From: Alphaproteobacteria bacterium
Lineage (GTDB): Bacteria > Pseudomonadota > Alphaproteobacteria > MPNO01
Length of the DNA stretch: 64,000 nucleotides
Direction of reading: 5' to 3'
NCBI GenBank assembly: GCA_964291675.2
Contig: OZ219865.1
Span: forward strand, 640,001-704,000
Below are positions 47,798 through 59,172 of this stretch, one piece after another. Position 1 is the first letter of the stretch. Each line of letters starts with the position of its first letter. The position numbers and the translations under genes were made by a program. The notes beneath the pieces were generated by a model, which saw only the letters and a list, made by a program, of their open reading frames with translations, was not told the origin of the DNA and ran no database searches.

Positions 47798-49032
47798 CGG
47801 CCGAAGATCTCCTGCACCCGGCCGAGCGCGTCGACCAGCGCGTCGACCTCGTGCCGGGTGTTGTAGAGCCCGAACGAGGCGCGCACCGTGGCCGCCACGT
47901 CGAAGCGGTCCATCACCGGCTGGGCGCAGTGATGCCCGGTACGGACGGCCACGCCCTCGCGGTCGAGGATGGTGCCGACATCGTGCGGATGCACGTCCTC
48001 CAGGTTGAACGAGACGATCGCCGCCTTGTCCGGCGCGGTGCCGATCAGCCGGACCGAGTTGAGCGCGCCGAGCCGCTCGGTGGCGTAGTCGAGCACGTCG
48101 TTCTCGTGCGCGGCGATGCGCTCGAAGCCGATCCCGGTCACGTAGTCGATCGCCGCGCCGAGACCGATGGCGCCCGCGATATGCGGCGTGCCGGCCTCGA
48201 ACTTGAAGGGGAGTCCGGCATAGGTGGTCTTCTCGAAGGTCACCGATTCGATCATCTCGCCGCCGCCCTGGTAGGGCGGCATCGCCTCCAGCAGCGCCTG
48301 CTTGCCGTAGAGCACGCCGATCCCGCTCGGCCCGTACAGCTTGTGGCCGGAGAAGACGTAGAAATCGGCGTCGAGCGCGCGCACGTCGACCTCCATGTGG
48401 GGCACCGCCTGGCAGCCGTCGAGCAGCACCAGCGCGCCGGCGCGGCGGGCAAGCCGGATCGCGTCCGCCACCGGCACCACCGTGCCGAGCGCGTTCGAGA
48501 CATGGGTGATCGCCACCATCTTCGTCCGCGGGCCGATCAGGGCTTCGAGCGCGTCCATGTCGAGCACGCCCTCATCCGAGATCGGCGCCACGCGGATCGC
48601 GGCGCCGGCCTGCTCGGCCACGATTTGCCACGGGACGATGTTGGAGTGGTGCTCCATCACCGAGAGCACGATCTCGTCGCCCGGCGCGAGGTTGGCGCGT
48701 CCCCAGCTGGAGGCGACCAGGTTGATCCCCTCGGTCGCGCCGCGCACGAAGATCGCCTCATGCGCGTGCTCGGCGTTGATCAGCGTGCGCGCCTTCTCGC
48801 GCGCCGCCTCCATCGCGTCGGTCGACTTCTGGCTCATGTAGTGCACGCCGCGATGGACGTTGGCGTATTCCGCCTCGTAGACATGGGCGAGGCTGTCGAT
48901 CACCGCGCGCGGCTTCTGGGCGCTCGCGCCGTTGTCGAGATAGACCAGAGTCTTGCCATAGACGCTCTCGCCGAGGATCGGGAAATCCCGGCGGATCGCG
49001 TCGACGTCGTAGGCTCCGTTGACCGCCGTCAT
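47794..49032 (-). CDS. sufS: cysteine desulfurase SufS
   Basis: YLDNGASAQKP, EHHSN, SGHKLYGP, VRTGHHCAQP. Confidence 0.96.
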   Translation of the reverse strand: MTAVNGAYDVDAIRRDFPILGESVYGKTLVYLDNGASAQKPRAVIDSLAHVYEAEYANVHRGVHYMSQKSTDAMEAAREKARTLINAEHAHEAIFVRGATEGINLVASSWGRANLAPGDEIVLSVMEHHSNIVPWQIVAEQAGAAIRVAPISDEGVLDMDALEALIGPRTKMVAITHVSNALGTVVPVADAIRLARRAGALVLLDGCQAVPHMEVDVRALDADFYVFSGHKLYGPSGIGVLYGKQALLEAMPPYQGGGEMIESVTFEKTTYAGLPFKFEAGTPHIAGAIGLGAAIDYVTGIGFERIAAHENDVLDYATERLGALNSVRLIGTAPDKAAIVSFNLEDVHPHDVGTILDREGVAVRTGHHCAQPVMDRFDVAATVRASFGLYNTRHEVDALVDALGRVQEIFGR

Positions 49033-49033
49033 C

Positions 49034-50368
49034 TCAGCCGTCCCCGTTGGCGTTTCGGCGCAGCCAGGCGTCGACCGCCTCCTCGACCGCCGGGCGCAGG
49101 CAAGCGACCGGCAGCGAGGTCAGCAGATCGGCGACGAAGGCGCGGGTGAGCAGGGCGCGGGCCTCCTCCTCGTCGATCCCGCGGGCCCGCAAATAGAACA
49201 GCGCGTCCCTGTCGAGGTCGCCCACGGTCGCGCCGTGGCTGCATTTCACGTCGTCGGCGAAGATGCGGAGCTCCGGCTTGTTCTGGGCCTCGGCGCCCGG
49301 CGACAGCAGCAGGCTGCGGCTCGATTGCCGGGCGTTGGTCTTCTGCGCGCAGCGTTCGACCACGACGCGGCCCTGGAACACGGTCCGGGCGTTGTCGTCG
49401 GCGACGTTGCGGAAAACCTGCTCGCTCCCGGTGTGCGGGGCGGCATGGGTGATCTCGGTGGTGTGGTCGACATGGCGGCGCGCATCGGCCAGCGCGCCGC
49501 CCGACAGGCTGCATTCCGCCCCCGCCCCCGAAAGCCGGACGACGAACTCGTTCCGCACCACCCGGCCCCCCAAAGTGATCGCCTGGGTCGCACAGCGCGC
49601 GTCGCGCGCGACATCCATCGTCATCCGGCCGGTGTGAACGGCGTCCGCGCCGTGCCGGACCAGCACTGCATGGCGCAGCCGGCCGCCCTGCCCGATCGCG
49701 CCTTCGAGCACCGAATTGGTCCAGCCGGCGCCCGGGCGGCCGACGAAGACCTCGACCAGCTCCGCTTCCGCGCCCGCGCCGAGCTTCAACACGCTCCGCG
49801 GATGGACCGCCCCGGCCGCGCCGCTGAGCAGGTGGACCACCAGGACGGGTCGTTCCAGCCTGACGCCGTCGGCCAGGTCGAGCACCACGCCGTCCCGGGC
49901 CATCGCGGCGTTGAGGGCCGCGAGCCCCTCCTGCCCCGCCCCGTTCCACTCGCCGAGCCCGGGGCCGAGGATCGCCGCGGCATCGTCGCTTCCATTGCCG
50001 AGACGGGCCGACAGCACGTCGAGCCGCGCCCCGGCGGGCGGCGCGCCGCGCCGCGACCGTGCGGCGTCGTAGCGCCCGTCGACGAAGACGATGCGCTCGG
50101 CGTCGAGCGCCGCGATGGACTCCGGCAGGGCCGGCGCGGCCCCGTCGCCGCCGCGCAGCGTTTCCCCGGCGAGATCGAGCCGGTCGAGCCGGCGCAGGTC
50201 GGTGTAGCGCCAGCCCTCGTCGCGCCGGCCGGGGAGCCCGGCGGCGGCGAAGCGCGCCATCGCCGCCTCGCGCAGCCTCGCGATCTCGGCATTGCCGTGC
50301 CCCGGCAGATCCGCGCGCGCCGCCGCGAAGGCGCGGGCGAAACGGCCGGTATCGGGCGCCTGGCTCAT
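49034..50368 (-). CDS. sufD: Fe-S cluster assembly protein SufD
   Basis: E.WRYT, FQGRVVV...AQKT, KPELRIFADDVKCSHGAT, LFYLRARGI; start MSQAPD. Confidence 0.94.
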   Translation of the reverse strand: MSQAPDTGRFARAFAAARADLPGHGNAEIARLREAAMARFAAAGLPGRRDEGWRYTDLRRLDRLDLAGETLRGGDGAAPALPESIAALDAERIVFVDGRYDAARSRRGAPPAGARLDVLSARLGNGSDDAAAILGPGLGEWNGAGQEGLAALNAAMARDGVVLDLADGVRLERPVLVVHLLSGAAGAVHPRSVLKLGAGAEAELVEVFVGRPGAGWTNSVLEGAIGQGGRLRHAVLVRHGADAVHTGRMTMDVARDARCATQAITLGGRVVRNEFVVRLSGAGAECSLSGGALADARRHVDHTTEITHAAPHTGSEQVFRNVADDNARTVFQGRVVVERCAQKTNARQSSRSLLLSPGAEAQNKPELRIFADDVKCSHGATVGDLDRDALFYLRARGIDEEEARALLTRAFVADLLTSLPVACLRPAVEEAVDAWLRRNANGDG

Positions 50369-50378
50369 CGCGCGCTCC

Positions 50379-51133
<755 letters not shown>

Positions 51134-51134
<1 letters not shown>

Positions 51135-52591
51135 CAGCCGACGCTCCCTTCGAGGCTCACGGCGAGCAGCTTCTGCGCCTCGACGGCGAACTCCATCGGC
51201 AGCTCGCGCAGCACCTCCTTGCAGAACCCGTTGACGATCAGCGACACCGCCTCCTCCGGGTCGAGCCCGCGCTGCAGGCAGTAGAACAGCTGGTCCTCGC
51301 TGATCTTCGATGTCGTCGCCTCGTGCTCGACATTGGCCGAGGGGTCGCCGACCTCGATATAGGGCACCGTGTGGGCGCCGCAGGTCTCGCCGATCAGGAG
51401 CGAATCGCACTGGGTGAAGTTGCGCGCGCCCTCGGCCGAGCCCCTGACCTTGACCAGCCCGCGATAGGTGTTCTGCCCGTGCCCGGCCGAGATGCCCTTG
51501 GAGATGATGGTGCTCGACGAGTTGCGCCCGAGATGGATCATCTTGGTGCCGGTATCGGCCTGCTGGTAGTTGTTGGTGATGGCGACCGAGTAGAACGCGC
51601 CCACCGTGTCGTCGCCCTCCAGCACGCAGCTCGGGTATTTCCAGGTGATCGCCGATCCGGTCTCGACCTGGGTCCAGGTGATCTTGGCCCGGTCGCCGCG
51701 GCAGGCGCCGCGCTTGGTGACGAAATTGTAGATGCCGCCCTTGCCGTCCTCGTCGCCGGGGTACCAGTTCTGCACCGTCGAATACTTGATCTCGGCGTCG
51801 TCCAGCGCGATCAGCTCGACCACCGCGGCGTGGAGCTGGTTCTCGTCGCGCATCGGCGCGGTGCAGCCTTCGAGATAGCTCACATAGGAGCCCTCGTCGG
51901 CGACGATCAGGGTGCGTTCGAACTGCCCGGTCTTGGCCGCGTTGATGCGGAAATAGGTGCTGAGCTCCATCGGGCAGCGCACGCCCTTCGGCACGTAGAC
52001 GAAGGTGCCGTCGCTGAACACCGCCGAATTCAGGGTGGCGAAGAAATTGTCGGCCACCGGCACCACGCTGCCGAGATACTTGCGCACCAGGCCCGGGTGG
52101 TTCTGCACCGCCTCCGAGATCGGGCAGAAGATGACGCCCGCCTCCTCCAGCTTCTCCTTGAAGGTGGTGGCGACCGAGACGCTGTCGAACACGGCATCGA
52201 CGGCGACGCCGGCGAGCGCCGCGCGCTCGTGCAGCGGGATGCCGAGCTTCTCGTAGGTCTCCAGCAGCTTGGGGTCGACCTCGTCGAGGCTCTTGGGCGC
52301 GTCGTCCGGGTTCTTGGGCGCGGCGTAGTAATAGGCGTCCTGGTAGTCGATCGGCGGGTAGTCGACGAAGGCCCATTCCGGCTCGTCCATGGTCCGCCAC
52401 TGCCGGAACGCCTGCAGACGCCATTCGAGCAGCCAGGCCGGCTCGTCCTTCTTGGCCGAGATGAAGCGGACGATGTCGTCGTCGAGCCCCTTGGGCGCGA
52501 ACTCCGACTCGATCTCGGTGACGAAGCCGTACTTGTACGGCGCGTCGGTGACCTCGGCGATTACCGCCGTCGATTCGCTCGTTTCGGCCAT
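51134..52591 (-). CDS. sufB: Fe-S cluster assembly protein SufB
   Basis: [38 protein letters not shown]. Confidence 0.98.
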
Positions 52592-52597
52592 TCTTCC

Positions 52598-53047
52598 CTA
52601 CTCCGCCCGCACCTCGACCGGCGTTCGACCGGCGAAGGCCGCGTGCGGCACCGCCATCTCGGCCAGCGAGACCGAGGACAGCGCGTCGACCATCGCCCGG
52701 TTGATGCTCTGCCAGTTGGTGCGCGTCGGGCACAGCGCCTCGATCTCGCAGACCAGCCCGTCGGGGCCGATGCAGTCGGTGAGCGCGATCGGCCCGTCGA
52801 CCGCGCCGATCACGTCGGCCATGGTGATGCCGTCCGCCTGCCGCGCCAGCAGGTAGCCGCCCTTGTTGCCCCGGTAGGAGACCAGCAGCTCGGCGTGGGC
52901 CAGCAATTTCAGGATCTTGCTCACCGTGGGCTGCGGCAGGCCGCAGGACTGCGCCAGCTCGCCCGCGGTGCGCAGCGCGTCGGGCTCGCGCGCGAGCTGG
53001 GTCATCAGCACAACGGCGTAGTCGGCCATGCGGCTGAGCTTGATCAT
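52598..53047 (-). CDS. Rrf2-family SUF system regulator
   Basis: MIKLSRMADYA, PTVSKILK.L, S.RG..GGY.L, three Cys (C..C..C). Confidence 0.92.
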   Translation of the reverse strand: MIKLSRMADYAVVLMTQLAREPDALRTAGELAQSCGLPQPTVSKILKLLAHAELLVSYRGNKGGYLLARQADGITMADVIGAVDGPIALTDCIGPDGLVCEIEALCPTRTNWQSINRAMVDALSSVSLAEMAVPHAAFAGRTPVEVRAE

Positions 53048-53077
53048 CGGTCCACCCGCGAACGACCGCGATCCGGC

Positions 53078-53132
53078 AAATAGGACCGCTTCGGTACGGT
53101 TGGGAAAATAGTGCGCGGTTCGGCAGTGTCAA
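53078..53132 (-). promoter_or_regulatory. putative sigma70 promoter and Rrf2 operator of the suf operon
   Basis: Minus strand TTGACA (53132-53127)-16 nt-TATTTT (53110-53105), followed by imperfect palindrome GTACCG-aag-CGGTCC. Confidence 0.45.
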
Positions 53133-53175
53133 CGGCCCCGTCCGCCCCGAGGCCCGCAAGGCGGCCGGGGGGACG

Positions 53176-54201
53176 TCAGCTCGGCAGGAATTTCTCGCTG
53201 TGGATCGAGGCCGGATCGACCCCGGCGCCGGCGAGCCAGTCGGTGGCGGCATCGATCATCGGCGGCGGGCCGCAGAGATAGGCGTCGCAATCGCCGGCGT
53301 TCAGAATCTCCGGCCGCAACAGTGTCGTGATGTGCCCGGTGGGCCCGGACCACCCCTCCCCGCCTTCGACGACGCAGAGCTCGACGGTGAGGTCGAGCCC
53401 GCGCCCGGCGCAGGCATCGAGCGCATCGAGAGAGAACAGCTCCGCCGGGCTATTGGCACCGTAGAGCAGGCGGATCGGCTGGTCCGTCGCGCCGGTCGCC
53501 AGCATGTGGTCGAACATCGAGAGCATCGGCGCGAGCCCGGTGCCGCCGGCCACCATGACGATCGGCCGGCTCGGCGGGCGCAGATAGAAGCGGCCGAACG
53601 GGCCGGTCACCGGCATCGCGTCGCCCGGTCGCGCCGGCCCGGCGACATAGCCGCTCATCGCGCCCTCCTCCAGCACCTTGATGAAGAAGGTGTAGCGCCC
53701 GGTCTCCCCGGGCGGGTTGGCGAAGGAGTAGGAGCGCACGGCGTCGGTCCCCGGCACGCCGAGATGGACGTATTGCCCGGGCATGAAGGCCAGCGGCCCG
53801 TGCTCGCCGTCCTCGGGCTCGACCACCAGCCGGACCACGCTCTCCGCCACGGTCTCGATCTCGGCGACGCGGGCCATGCGCGTGACCGGCGGTGCCTTGA
53901 GCGAGAACGTCGACGGGTAGGGATATTCTATTACGCAGTCCGACAGCACGTGCATCTGGCAGGTCAGCACCTCGCGCCTCGCCGCCTCCTCGGCGCTCAG
54001 CGCGTCCTCGCTGTACTCGTCGAGGCGGTACGCGCCCGAGGTGCAGACCCCCTTGCAGGTCGCGCAGGCGCCTTCGAGGCAGTCGGTCTCGATGCGGATG
54101 CGGTGCTTGAGCGCGGCCAGGTAGATCGTGTCGTGCTCTTCGGCCTGGATGCGCGCGATGCGCCCGTCGTCGAAGACCAGGGTGACGGTATGGGCGGTCA
54201 T
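53176..54201 (-). CDS. ring-hydroxylating dioxygenase reductase (BenC/AntC-like)
   Basis: CLEGACATCK..C ferredoxin, RSYSFA, GAMS, AGGTGLAP, YLCGPPPM, EKF; start MTAHTV. Confidence 0.93.
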   Translation of the reverse strand: MTAHTVTLVFDDGRIARIQAEEHDTIYLAALKHRIRIETDCLEGACATCKGVCTSGAYRLDEYSEDALSAEEAARREVLTCQMHVLSDCVIEYPYPSTFSLKAPPVTRMARVAEIETVAESVVRLVVEPEDGEHGPLAFMPGQYVHLGVPGTDAVRSYSFANPPGETGRYTFFIKVLEEGAMSGYVAGPARPGDAMPVTGPFGRFYLRPPSRPIVMVAGGTGLAPMLSMFDHMLATGATDQPIRLLYGANSPAELFSLDALDACAGRGLDLTVELCVVEGGEGWSGPTGHITTLLRPEILNAGDCDAYLCGPPPMIDAATDWLAGAGVDPASIHSEKFLPS

Positions 54202-55229
54202 GGCACGAGGACGGGCTTGAGCGCTTCGCCGTCGCGGATCAGCTCGAACCCGCGCGGCGCCTCGGAGAGCGGGAGCGTATGGCTCCGCACCGGGGCGAGG
54301 TCGATCGTCCCCGCCGCCAGGAGCTCGGTCGCGCGCTGCCAGGTCTGCCAGATCAGCCGGCCGTGAATGTTTTGCATCGCCGGGCATTTGAGCAGCCAAT
54401 GGGTGAAGTCGACGGGAATCGCGGCGGGCGGCGCGCCGACCAGCCGGAAATCGCCGCCCTTGGCGAGCGCCTGGAAGACCGCGTTGAAGCCGGCCTCGCT
54501 GCCGGAAAACTCGATCCCCACATCGACCCCGGCCTCGCCGGTCATGTCGCGGGCGACCCGGGCCGGGTCCTCGCTGCCGGCATCGACCGCGCGGTCGGCG
54601 CCCATTCTCTCGGCGGCGCGGAGACGCAGCTTGTTGATGTCGCAGGCGATCACCCGCGCCGCGCCGAGCGCGCGGGCGACCGCGACGGCCATCAGCCCGA
54701 TCGGCCCGCAGCCGTTGACCAGCACCGCGAGCCCGGACACCCCCGCCCCGGCCAGGCAGGCATGCACCGCGATGCCGAAGGGCTCCAGCATCGCCGCCGT
54801 CTCGTGCGGCAGCTCCGGCGGGTTGACCCAGGCGATCGAGGCCGGAACGGTGAGGTACTCGGCGAAGGCGCCGTCGATGTCGATCCCCGGATAGCGCGTC
54901 GCCTCGCAGAGATGGGCGCGCCCCAGCCGGCAGGGCCGGCAAATTCCGCAGAAGATGTGGCTCTCCAGGCTCACCCGGTCGCCGACCGCGACGGTCTCGA
55001 CCCCTTGCCCCGCCGCCTCGACGGTGCCCGAGACCTCGTGGCCGAGCACGCGCGGCAGCGCCATGCGCCGCGCCATGCGTGGCGCCCAGTTGTAGATCTG
55101 CATGTCGGTGCCGCAGATCCCGGCCGCCCCCACCCGGATCGAGATCTCGCCCGGCCCGGGCTCGCGCGGGTCGGCCTCGCGGAGCGCGATTCCGCCGATC
55201 TCCGGGGCGATCTTCTGCAGGCTCAGCAA
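54198..55229 (-). CDS. zinc-dependent MDR dehydrogenase (threonine 3-dehydrogenase-like)
   Basis: GICGTD, GHE, ESHIFCGICRPC.......C, GCGPIG; TTG start. Confidence 0.88.
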   Translation of the reverse strand: MLSLQKIAPEIGGIALREADPREPGPGEISIRVGAAGICGTDMQIYNWAPRMARRMALPRVLGHEVSGTVEAAGQGVETVAVGDRVSLESHIFCGICRPCRLGRAHLCEATRYPGIDIDGAFAEYLTVPASIAWVNPPELPHETAAMLEPFGIAVHACLAGAGVSGLAVLVNGCGPIGLMAVAVARALGAARVIACDINKLRLRAAERMGADRAVDAGSEDPARVARDMTGEAGVDVGIEFSGSEAGFNAVFQALAKGGDFRLVGAPPAAIPVDFTHWLLKCPAMQNIHGRLIWQTWQRATELLAAGTIDLAPVRSHTLPLSEAPRGFELIRDGEALKPVLVP

Positions 55230-55235
55230 CGTCTT

Positions 55236-55742
55236 CTACAAATGGTAGATGTCGATCGGCCCTTCGAGCCGGTCGTCGATGAAGGTGATCTTCTTGCGCG
55301 CGATCTTGAGCGCGCCGTCATCGCGCCGGAACTCGAAGTCGTACAGGCTGCCGCGCGTCGCCGCCCCCTTCTTGCCGTAGACGTGGACGATGCAGTTGGC
55401 GGACGCCTCGATGCGGTCTTCCCCGGCGCTCTCGACCAGGATGTTGCCGATCAGGTGCACCGTCCGGTCGAGCGGCACCGAGGCGTAGGAATCGCGCGAC
55501 TCGATTCGGAAAACCCGGTCCTCCAGCCCGCCCCGGTTCCTGAGATAGATCAGGTTGAGCTGGGTGTCGGGGTCGGTGGTGGTCTCCTCCTCGCTTGCCC
55601 AGGCGGGCACCCAGTAGACCGCGTCCTCGGTGTAGAGGTCGATCCACTCGTCCCAGCGCCGCCGATCGAGCAGCATCGCCTCGCGGTTGATCAGCGCCGC
55701 GACCTCGCGTTCGAGCCCGGCGTCGGTCCCGTCCGTGCTCAT
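55236..55742 (-). CDS. ring-hydroxylating dioxygenase beta subunit (BenB/AntB-like)
   Basis: REA.LLD...WDEW, YWVPAW, GLEDRVFRI, IDIYHL; start MSTDGTD. Confidence 0.92.
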   Translation of the reverse strand: MSTDGTDAGLEREVAALINREAMLLDRRRWDEWIDLYTEDAVYWVPAWASEEETTTDPDTQLNLIYLRNRGGLEDRVFRIESRDSYASVPLDRTVHLIGNILVESAGEDRIEASANCIVHVYGKKGAATRGSLYDFEFRRDDGALKIARKKITFIDDRLEGPIDIYHL

Positions 55743-57076
55743 CCGGCGGCGTTCCCGTTCTCCATGCGCTCGACCCAGGCGCGGTAGAAGCCGTGGAACA
55801 GCCCCTCGTGATCCCAGTCGGGACAGCACCCGGCGGGCTCGAAGCCGAGATCGCGGGCATCCCGGTCGGCACCGACCACCAGGTCCCGGAGCCCGCGGGT
55901 CATGTCGTTCCAGCGGCTGAGACGCCCGAAGGAGCCGTCCTGGACCGATTCCAGCGCCGCGATGTCGTCCGACGTCGCCATGCCGGCGGTCAGGTAGAAG
56001 TCCTCGAATTTGCGGAGCCGCGCGGCGCGCGCCGTGCCGCTCTCGCCCTTGGGCGCGATGCAATAGACCGTGACCTCGGCGAGGTCGGGCGAGAGCGGCT
56101 TCATCAGCCGGATCTGCGTCGACGGGTTGTCCATCAGCATCACGTTGGGGAACAGATACAGGTTGCGGCCCCGGTGGAGGATCCAGTCGACATCGACGGG
56201 ATCGAGGTTCTCTTCCAGCCAGTCCTTCGCCTCGTATATCGGGCGGACATGCGGCGTCGTGTGCAGCGCCCAGATCGACATGTGGCCGTTGCCGAGGTCG
56301 TAGGCGCCGGTCGGCACGTTGCCCTTGATGCGCCCCGACTCGGTGCGCCGCATGCCGGCCGTCGCATCGCGCGTCTCGCGGTGGGAAATCGTCGAGGCGA
56401 ACACCCGGTGGACCGTCGACACGTGATAGCCGTCGACGCTGTTCTCGGCCTGCAGCTTCCAGTTGCCGCGGATCATGTAGGTCGACGAGCCCGGCACCAC
56501 CTCGAGCCCGTTCTGCGCCTGGTCGGCCAGCAGGTCGATCCAGCGCGCGGCGGCGCCGAGATGGTCCTTTAGAGGCGGCACGTCGCCGGTCAGGCTGCCG
56601 AACACGAACCCCTTGTAGGAGCCGAGCGCGCCGATCCGGCGCAGGTTGAAGCGCTCGCGCGAGAAGTCCGGGTCGGGGAAGCCCGATTCCTCGTTCTTGA
56701 TCCTGATGCAACGCCCGCCGAGATCGTAGGCCCAGCCGTGGAAGCGGCAGGTGAGCGCCCGCGCGCTGCCCTGCTTGAAGGGCGTCAGAATCGCGCCGCG
56801 ATGCGAGCACGCGTTGATGAAGCAGCCGAGCGAGCCGTCCTTCTGGCGCATGACGAAGACCGGCTGGCGGCCGATCTCGGTGGCGAAGTAATCGCCCGGG
56901 TTCTCCACCTGCCCCTCGTGGCAGAGGAACACCCAGCCGCCCTCGAAGATGCGCTCGATCTCGGCCTCGAAAATCCCTTGGTCGGTGTAGATCGACCGGT
57001 CGACCCGGAAGACCCCCTCGTCGACCCGGTCATCGACCAGCTCGCGGAAGCTCTCTCGACAGTCGGTTCCGTCCAT
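55739..57076 (-). CDS. Rieske dioxygenase alpha subunit (BenA/AntA-like)
   Basis: CSHRG, CRFHGW, NWKLQAEN..DGYHV..VH, GMATSDD; start MDGTDCR. Confidence 0.94.
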   Translation of the reverse strand: MDGTDCRESFRELVDDRVDEGVFRVDRSIYTDQGIFEAEIERIFEGGWVFLCHEGQVENPGDYFATEIGRQPVFVMRQKDGSLGCFINACSHRGAILTPFKQGSARALTCRFHGWAYDLGGRCIRIKNEESGFPDPDFSRERFNLRRIGALGSYKGFVFGSLTGDVPPLKDHLGAAARWIDLLADQAQNGLEVVPGSSTYMIRGNWKLQAENSVDGYHVSTVHRVFASTISHRETRDATAGMRRTESGRIKGNVPTGAYDLGNGHMSIWALHTTPHVRPIYEAKDWLEENLDPVDVDWILHRGRNLYLFPNVMLMDNPSTQIRLMKPLSPDLAEVTVYCIAPKGESGTARAARLRKFEDFYLTAGMATSDDIAALESVQDGSFGRLSRWNDMTRGLRDLVVGADRDARDLGFEPAGCCPDWDHEGLFHGFYRAWVERMENGNAAG

Positions 57077-57173
57077 CTTCCCCTCCGTTCGTCCCACAGC
57101 CTCGCGGATATGGCCGGCCCCCGCAGTATTTAGCAAACGACGGCGAAGCGGTGAAGGCGAAGCCTCGCCGGCC

Positions 57174-58085
57174 TCAGCCCAGCAGGTCGCAGGCGAGCCT
57201 GGCGGCCGCCACGTCCATGATGGCGATGCCGACCGTGTCGTAGACCGCGGTCGCGCCGGCCGGGACGGTCCTTTCGCCGGACAGGATTTCGCCGAGCTCG
57301 GCGAAGATCGCGCAGCCCGAGCCCCGCACGTTGCCGGACTGGTCGCGCGCGGCATCGCGGGAATCGACGACCACCGTATTGGCCATCGCCGCGTCGTCGA
57401 GCTCGCGCCCGTCCCTGCCGTTCCAGCCGACGGCGGCAACGAAGGCGCCGGGTTTCAGCCAAGCCCCGCGCAATATCGGCTCGGTCGCCGATGTCGTGCA
57501 GGCGACGATGTCGGCGTCGCGCACCGCGCTCCCGGCATCGGCCACGAAGACCGCGCCGATCTCCTCGGCGCAGGCGCGGCCGGCGACCTCGGAGCGCGCC
57601 CACAGCCGGAGCTCGCCGAGCGGCCGCACGGCGGCGAGCGCGCTCGCGTGGGCGCGCGCCTGGACGCCGCTCCCCATGATCGTGGTCACCCCGGGGCTCT
57701 CGACGGCGAGCCTGCGCGCCGCCGCGGCGGAGCCCGCCGCCGTCCTCATCTCGGTGATCAGGCGGCCGTCGAGCGCGGCGACCGGCGAGCCGTTGTCCCG
57801 GTCGAAGACCAGGATTACCGCCTGGTGGGTCGGGATGCCGGTACCCGCATTGCCGTGAAAGAGGGTGACGACCTTGACCGCCATCGCCTCGCCGATCGCC
57901 GGCATCGCGCCCATGAAGGCGTCCTGGCCGGGGACCGGCAGCATCTGGCGCACCGGCTGCACCACCTCGCCGGCGGAGAACGCGATCATCGCCCGCTCCA
58001 GGGCATCGATCAGAACGGGCCAGTCGAGCACTTCGGCGATCGCCGCCTCGCTGTAGAACGGCAGCGCTTCCAGAGCCTTCGCCAT
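57174..58085 (-). CDS. ornithine cyclodeaminase/mu-crystallin family protein
   Basis: KVVT, RTAAGSA, GSGVQA, TS...P, VG.AI.D. Confidence 0.9.
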   Translation of the reverse strand: MAKALEALPFYSEAAIAEVLDWPVLIDALERAMIAFSAGEVVQPVRQMLPVPGQDAFMGAMPAIGEAMAVKVVTLFHGNAGTGIPTHQAVILVFDRDNGSPVAALDGRLITEMRTAAGSAAAARRLAVESPGVTTIMGSGVQARAHASALAAVRPLGELRLWARSEVAGRACAEEIGAVFVADAGSAVRDADIVACTTSATEPILRGAWLKPGAFVAAVGWNGRDGRELDDAAMANTVVVDSRDAARDQSGNVRGSGCAIFAELGEILSGERTVPAGATAVYDTVGIAIMDVAAARLACDLLG

Positions 58086-58227
58086 CCGATCCCCCTCCGC
58101 GCGGGTCGCGCCGACCGGGGCGATGCGGAAGACCGCTCCTATTCCCTGGCGGCCCGGCCGGGCGCGCTCGAACCCGCCGTCAACATGTCAACACGGCGCG
58201 GCCCGTTGCAAGTCCCGTCACGACGCC

Positions 58228-59172
58228 TCAGCGCGCAATCCTGTCGAACACCGCCAGCAGGGCTTCCGGCTGCGCGAAGAACGGCGAGTGGCTGCCCGGC
58301 ATCCGGTGCACGGTGGTCTTGCCGCCGATGCCCGACGCATCGACCAGCTCGACCATCCGGTCCTGCGCGACCGCGGGGATCGCCCTGTCGTCCGCCAGGT
58401 GGATGTAGTGGCGCGCCACCTTTCCGTACCTGGCCGCGCTGACCGCCATCGGCACGCCCGCCGTCGAGGCGACCTCGTCGCAGTGCAGCAGGTTGGCGAT
58501 CGCCGCGAAATGACCGTCCGAGACGTCGTGATAGAAGGCGTGCTTCGCCTTGGCGACATAGTCCGGGTCCTGCGAGCGCGGATCGATGCGGAGCCCGCCG
58601 GTCTGGGCGGGATCGGCCATGAACAGCGGCGCGACCTGCCCGGTCTTGAAGCTGGGATCGCCCAGCATGGCTCCCGCCGTCATGCCGTTGGGCAGCATGA
58701 AGGCCGTCAGGTAGACGACGGCATGCAGCTTGTCCGGCACGGCTTCCGCGACATGGGAGATCGTGATCCCGCCCCATGAATGTCCGACGATCGCCACCTT
58801 GCCGTTGCCGAGCCCGGCGGCGTGGTTGACCGCGTCAATCGCAGCCTGGGTACGGTCCTTCTGGGTGACGCCGGCGACCGGCGACTTCTCGGTCGCGAAC
58901 GCGGCCTTGTCGAGCGGCCGCCTCAGAAAGGATTGCGGAAAGCGCGTGCGCGTGCCCGCACCCGGCAGATCGATGGCGATAGACGCATAGCCCGCCTTGG
59001 CCAGCAGCGGCGTCATCTCGTTCCACGTCCATGCGCCGTGCCACGAGCCGTGGATCAGCACGAAGGCGGGACGGTCGCTTCCGGCGGCCAGAGCGGCACC
59101 GGGCGAGGCCGACAAGAACGCTGTCGCGGCCGAGCCGAGAGCGGCGGTCTTCAGGACGTCGCGGCGTTTCAT
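58228..59172 (-). CDS. Tat-exported alpha/beta hydrolase (methylesterase/SABP2-like)
   Basis: MKRRDVLK twin-arginine signal ending ALA; LIHGSWHGAW, GHSWGG, DRAIP, GSHSPF. Confidence 0.88.
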   Translation of the reverse strand: MKRRDVLKTAALGSAATAFLSASPGAALAAGSDRPAFVLIHGSWHGAWTWNEMTPLLAKAGYASIAIDLPGAGTRTRFPQSFLRRPLDKAAFATEKSPVAGVTQKDRTQAAIDAVNHAAGLGNGKVAIVGHSWGGITISHVAEAVPDKLHAVVYLTAFMLPNGMTAGAMLGDPSFKTGQVAPLFMADPAQTGGLRIDPRSQDPDYVAKAKHAFYHDVSDGHFAAIANLLHCDEVASTAGVPMAVSAARYGKVARHYIHLADDRAIPAVAQDRMVELVDASGIGGKTTVHRMPGSHSPFFAQPEALLAVFDRIAR

